Source: an uncultured Desulfurococcales archaeon
Lineage (GTDB): Archaea; Thermoproteota; Thermoprotei_A; Sulfolobales; CAZFJX01
NCBI GenBank assembly: GCA_964519505.1
Contig: CAZFJX010000001.1
Span: 15,543-79,542 of the forward strand
Direction of reading: 5' to 3'
Length of the DNA stretch: 64,000 nt
Program-made: the position numbers and the translations under genes
Shown here: in pieces, positions 63,096 through 64,000 of the stretch
Layout of the letters: the number at the start of each line of letters is the position of its first letter
Position numbering within the stretch: position 1 is the first letter of the stretch
Notes under the pieces: generated by a model
What the model was told of the DNA's origin: nothing
What the model saw: only the letters and a program-made list of their open reading frames with translations
Database searches by the model: none

Positions 63096-64000
63096 ATGGT
63101 AGAATCAACCACCCCAACTCGTAGGGAATTAATTAAGCCATCTAAATTCGACCCCACTACTGGGACGATCGAGATCGCTGGACGTAAGATACGTGTTGGT
63201 GGACCCCTACCTAAGCCTAAGGAGGGTGAGAAACTAATTAGGTATACGCAGAGCATATGCCCGTATTGTTACGCGTTATTACCAGCCATTATAGTTGAGA
63301 GGGAGTCTAAGGTATATATAAGGAAGATATGCCCCGAACATGGCGAGATTGAGGAGCTATACTCAGGTGATTCAGAGATATTTAGAAGGTTTGAGAAGTG
63401 GCATGTTGAGGGTTTAGGACCTCGTCACGTTTATTCCGACTTAACAGCCCCATGTCCTTATAGCTGTGGTCTATGCCCGCTACATAAGACGCATACAGCA
63501 CTAGCTAACTTAGTAGTTACTAACCGCTGCGACCTAGACTGTTGGTATTGCTTCTTTTACGCTGAGAAGTCAGGGTTTGTTTATGAACCTACTATAGAGC
63601 AGATTAAATTCATGGTTAATGAGTTAAGAAAGCAGGGAGTTACGATGGCCATACAGTTGACGGGTGGTGAGCCTACGGTTAGAGATGACCTTATAGATAT
63701 AGTTAAGCTCCTTAAGTCTATGGGTGTTAGGCACTTACAGCTAAATACCCATGGTATAAAGTTTGCTAGGCTATACCTAGAGAATCCTGAGAAGGCGATT
63801 AAGTATGCTAAGGAGTTAAGGCAATCAGGGGTTAATACCGTTTACCTAAGCTTTGATGGTGTATCACCTAAGGCTAACCCAAAGAACCATTGGGAGATAC
63901 CGTTCATTTTCGAGGTATTTAGGAAGGCAGGTATGACTAGCGTAGTCTTAGTACCTACATTAATCAAGAGTATTAATGACCAAGAGATAGGAGAGATGAT
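63096..64000 (+). CDS. radical SAM protein of the MJ0619 / tetraether lipid synthase (Tes, GDGT-MAS) family, 3' end outside window
   Basis: My own translation gives ...YTQSICPYCYALLPAIIVERESKVYIRKICPEHGE...APCPYSCGLCPLHKTHTALANLVVTNRCDLDCWYCFF...QLTGGEPT. That is an N-terminal zinc-ribbon region plus CX3CX2C. The frame is open to the window end. Confidence 0.65.
   Translation, partial: MVESTTPTRRELIKPSKFDPTTGTIEIAGRKIRVGGPLPKPKEGEKLIRYTQSICPYCYALLPAIIVERESKVYIRKICPEHGEIEELYSGDSEIFRRFEKWHVEGLGPRHVYSDLTAPCPYSCGLCPLHKTHTALANLVVTNRCDLDCWYCFFYAEKSGFVYEPTIEQIKFMVNELRKQGVTMAIQLTGGEPTVRDDLIDIVKLLKSMGVRHLQLNTHGIKFARLYLENPEKAIKYAKELRQSGVNTVYLSFDGVSPKANPKNHWEIPFIFEVFRKAGMTSVVLVPTLIKSINDQEIGEM

Overview
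This is a 64-kb chromosomal window from an AT-rich (about 40% GC by spot counts) hyperthermophilic crenarchaeon. Evidence for that placement: TFB, aIF1/SUI1, RpoP, class I LysRS, a tRNA-splicing endonuclease, intron-bearing GC-rich tRNAs, mostly leaderless genes with A/T-rich TATA boxes 25-30 nt upstream, and frequent GTG/TTG starts. A Thermoproteales-like origin (Caldivirga/Vulcanisaeta type) is only an inference from the multi-intron tRNA and the gene content. The window is gene-dense on both strands, with about 70 CDS. Content by theme: (1) DNA repair: Lhr, Nth, an SplB-like radical SAM protein. (2) Envelope: SppA, a type IV pilin-like pair, a processive GT2, a sugar nucleotidyltransferase, a 1207-aa S-layer-like stalked glycoprotein, a GT4, rhomboid, NfeD/stomatin, and a 1330-aa subtilase. 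(3) Cofactors: a RibD-type reductase with a coupled amidohydrolase; a FolE/DUF447/RFAP-synthase/ATP-grasp methanopterin-like cluster with a CitG-like gene nearby; two MoeA; YjbQ; UbiX; ThiL. (4) Metabolism and transport: tungsten-type AOR plus a ferredoxin, glycerate kinase, threonine dehydratase, agmatinase, an ABC/FtsX exporter and an OPT transporter. (5) Information processing: MetAP, LysRS, GlyRS, TFB, aIF1, RpoP, EndA. (6) A 3'-truncated Tes/GDGT-MAS-type radical SAM gene at the right edge. RNA genes found by eye: a stand-alone 5S rRNA; three tRNAs, all with introns, including a tRNA-Gln(UUG) with two introns; and five box C/D sRNA candidates in very short intergenic gaps that share a ..GA-TTA-RTGA.. 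centre and keep the C-box position 6 / D-box position 1 base pair by covariation. I saw no CRISPR array, transposase, integrase or recognisable defence or prophage module. All protein calls rest on motif recall from the supplied translations. No database search was run.
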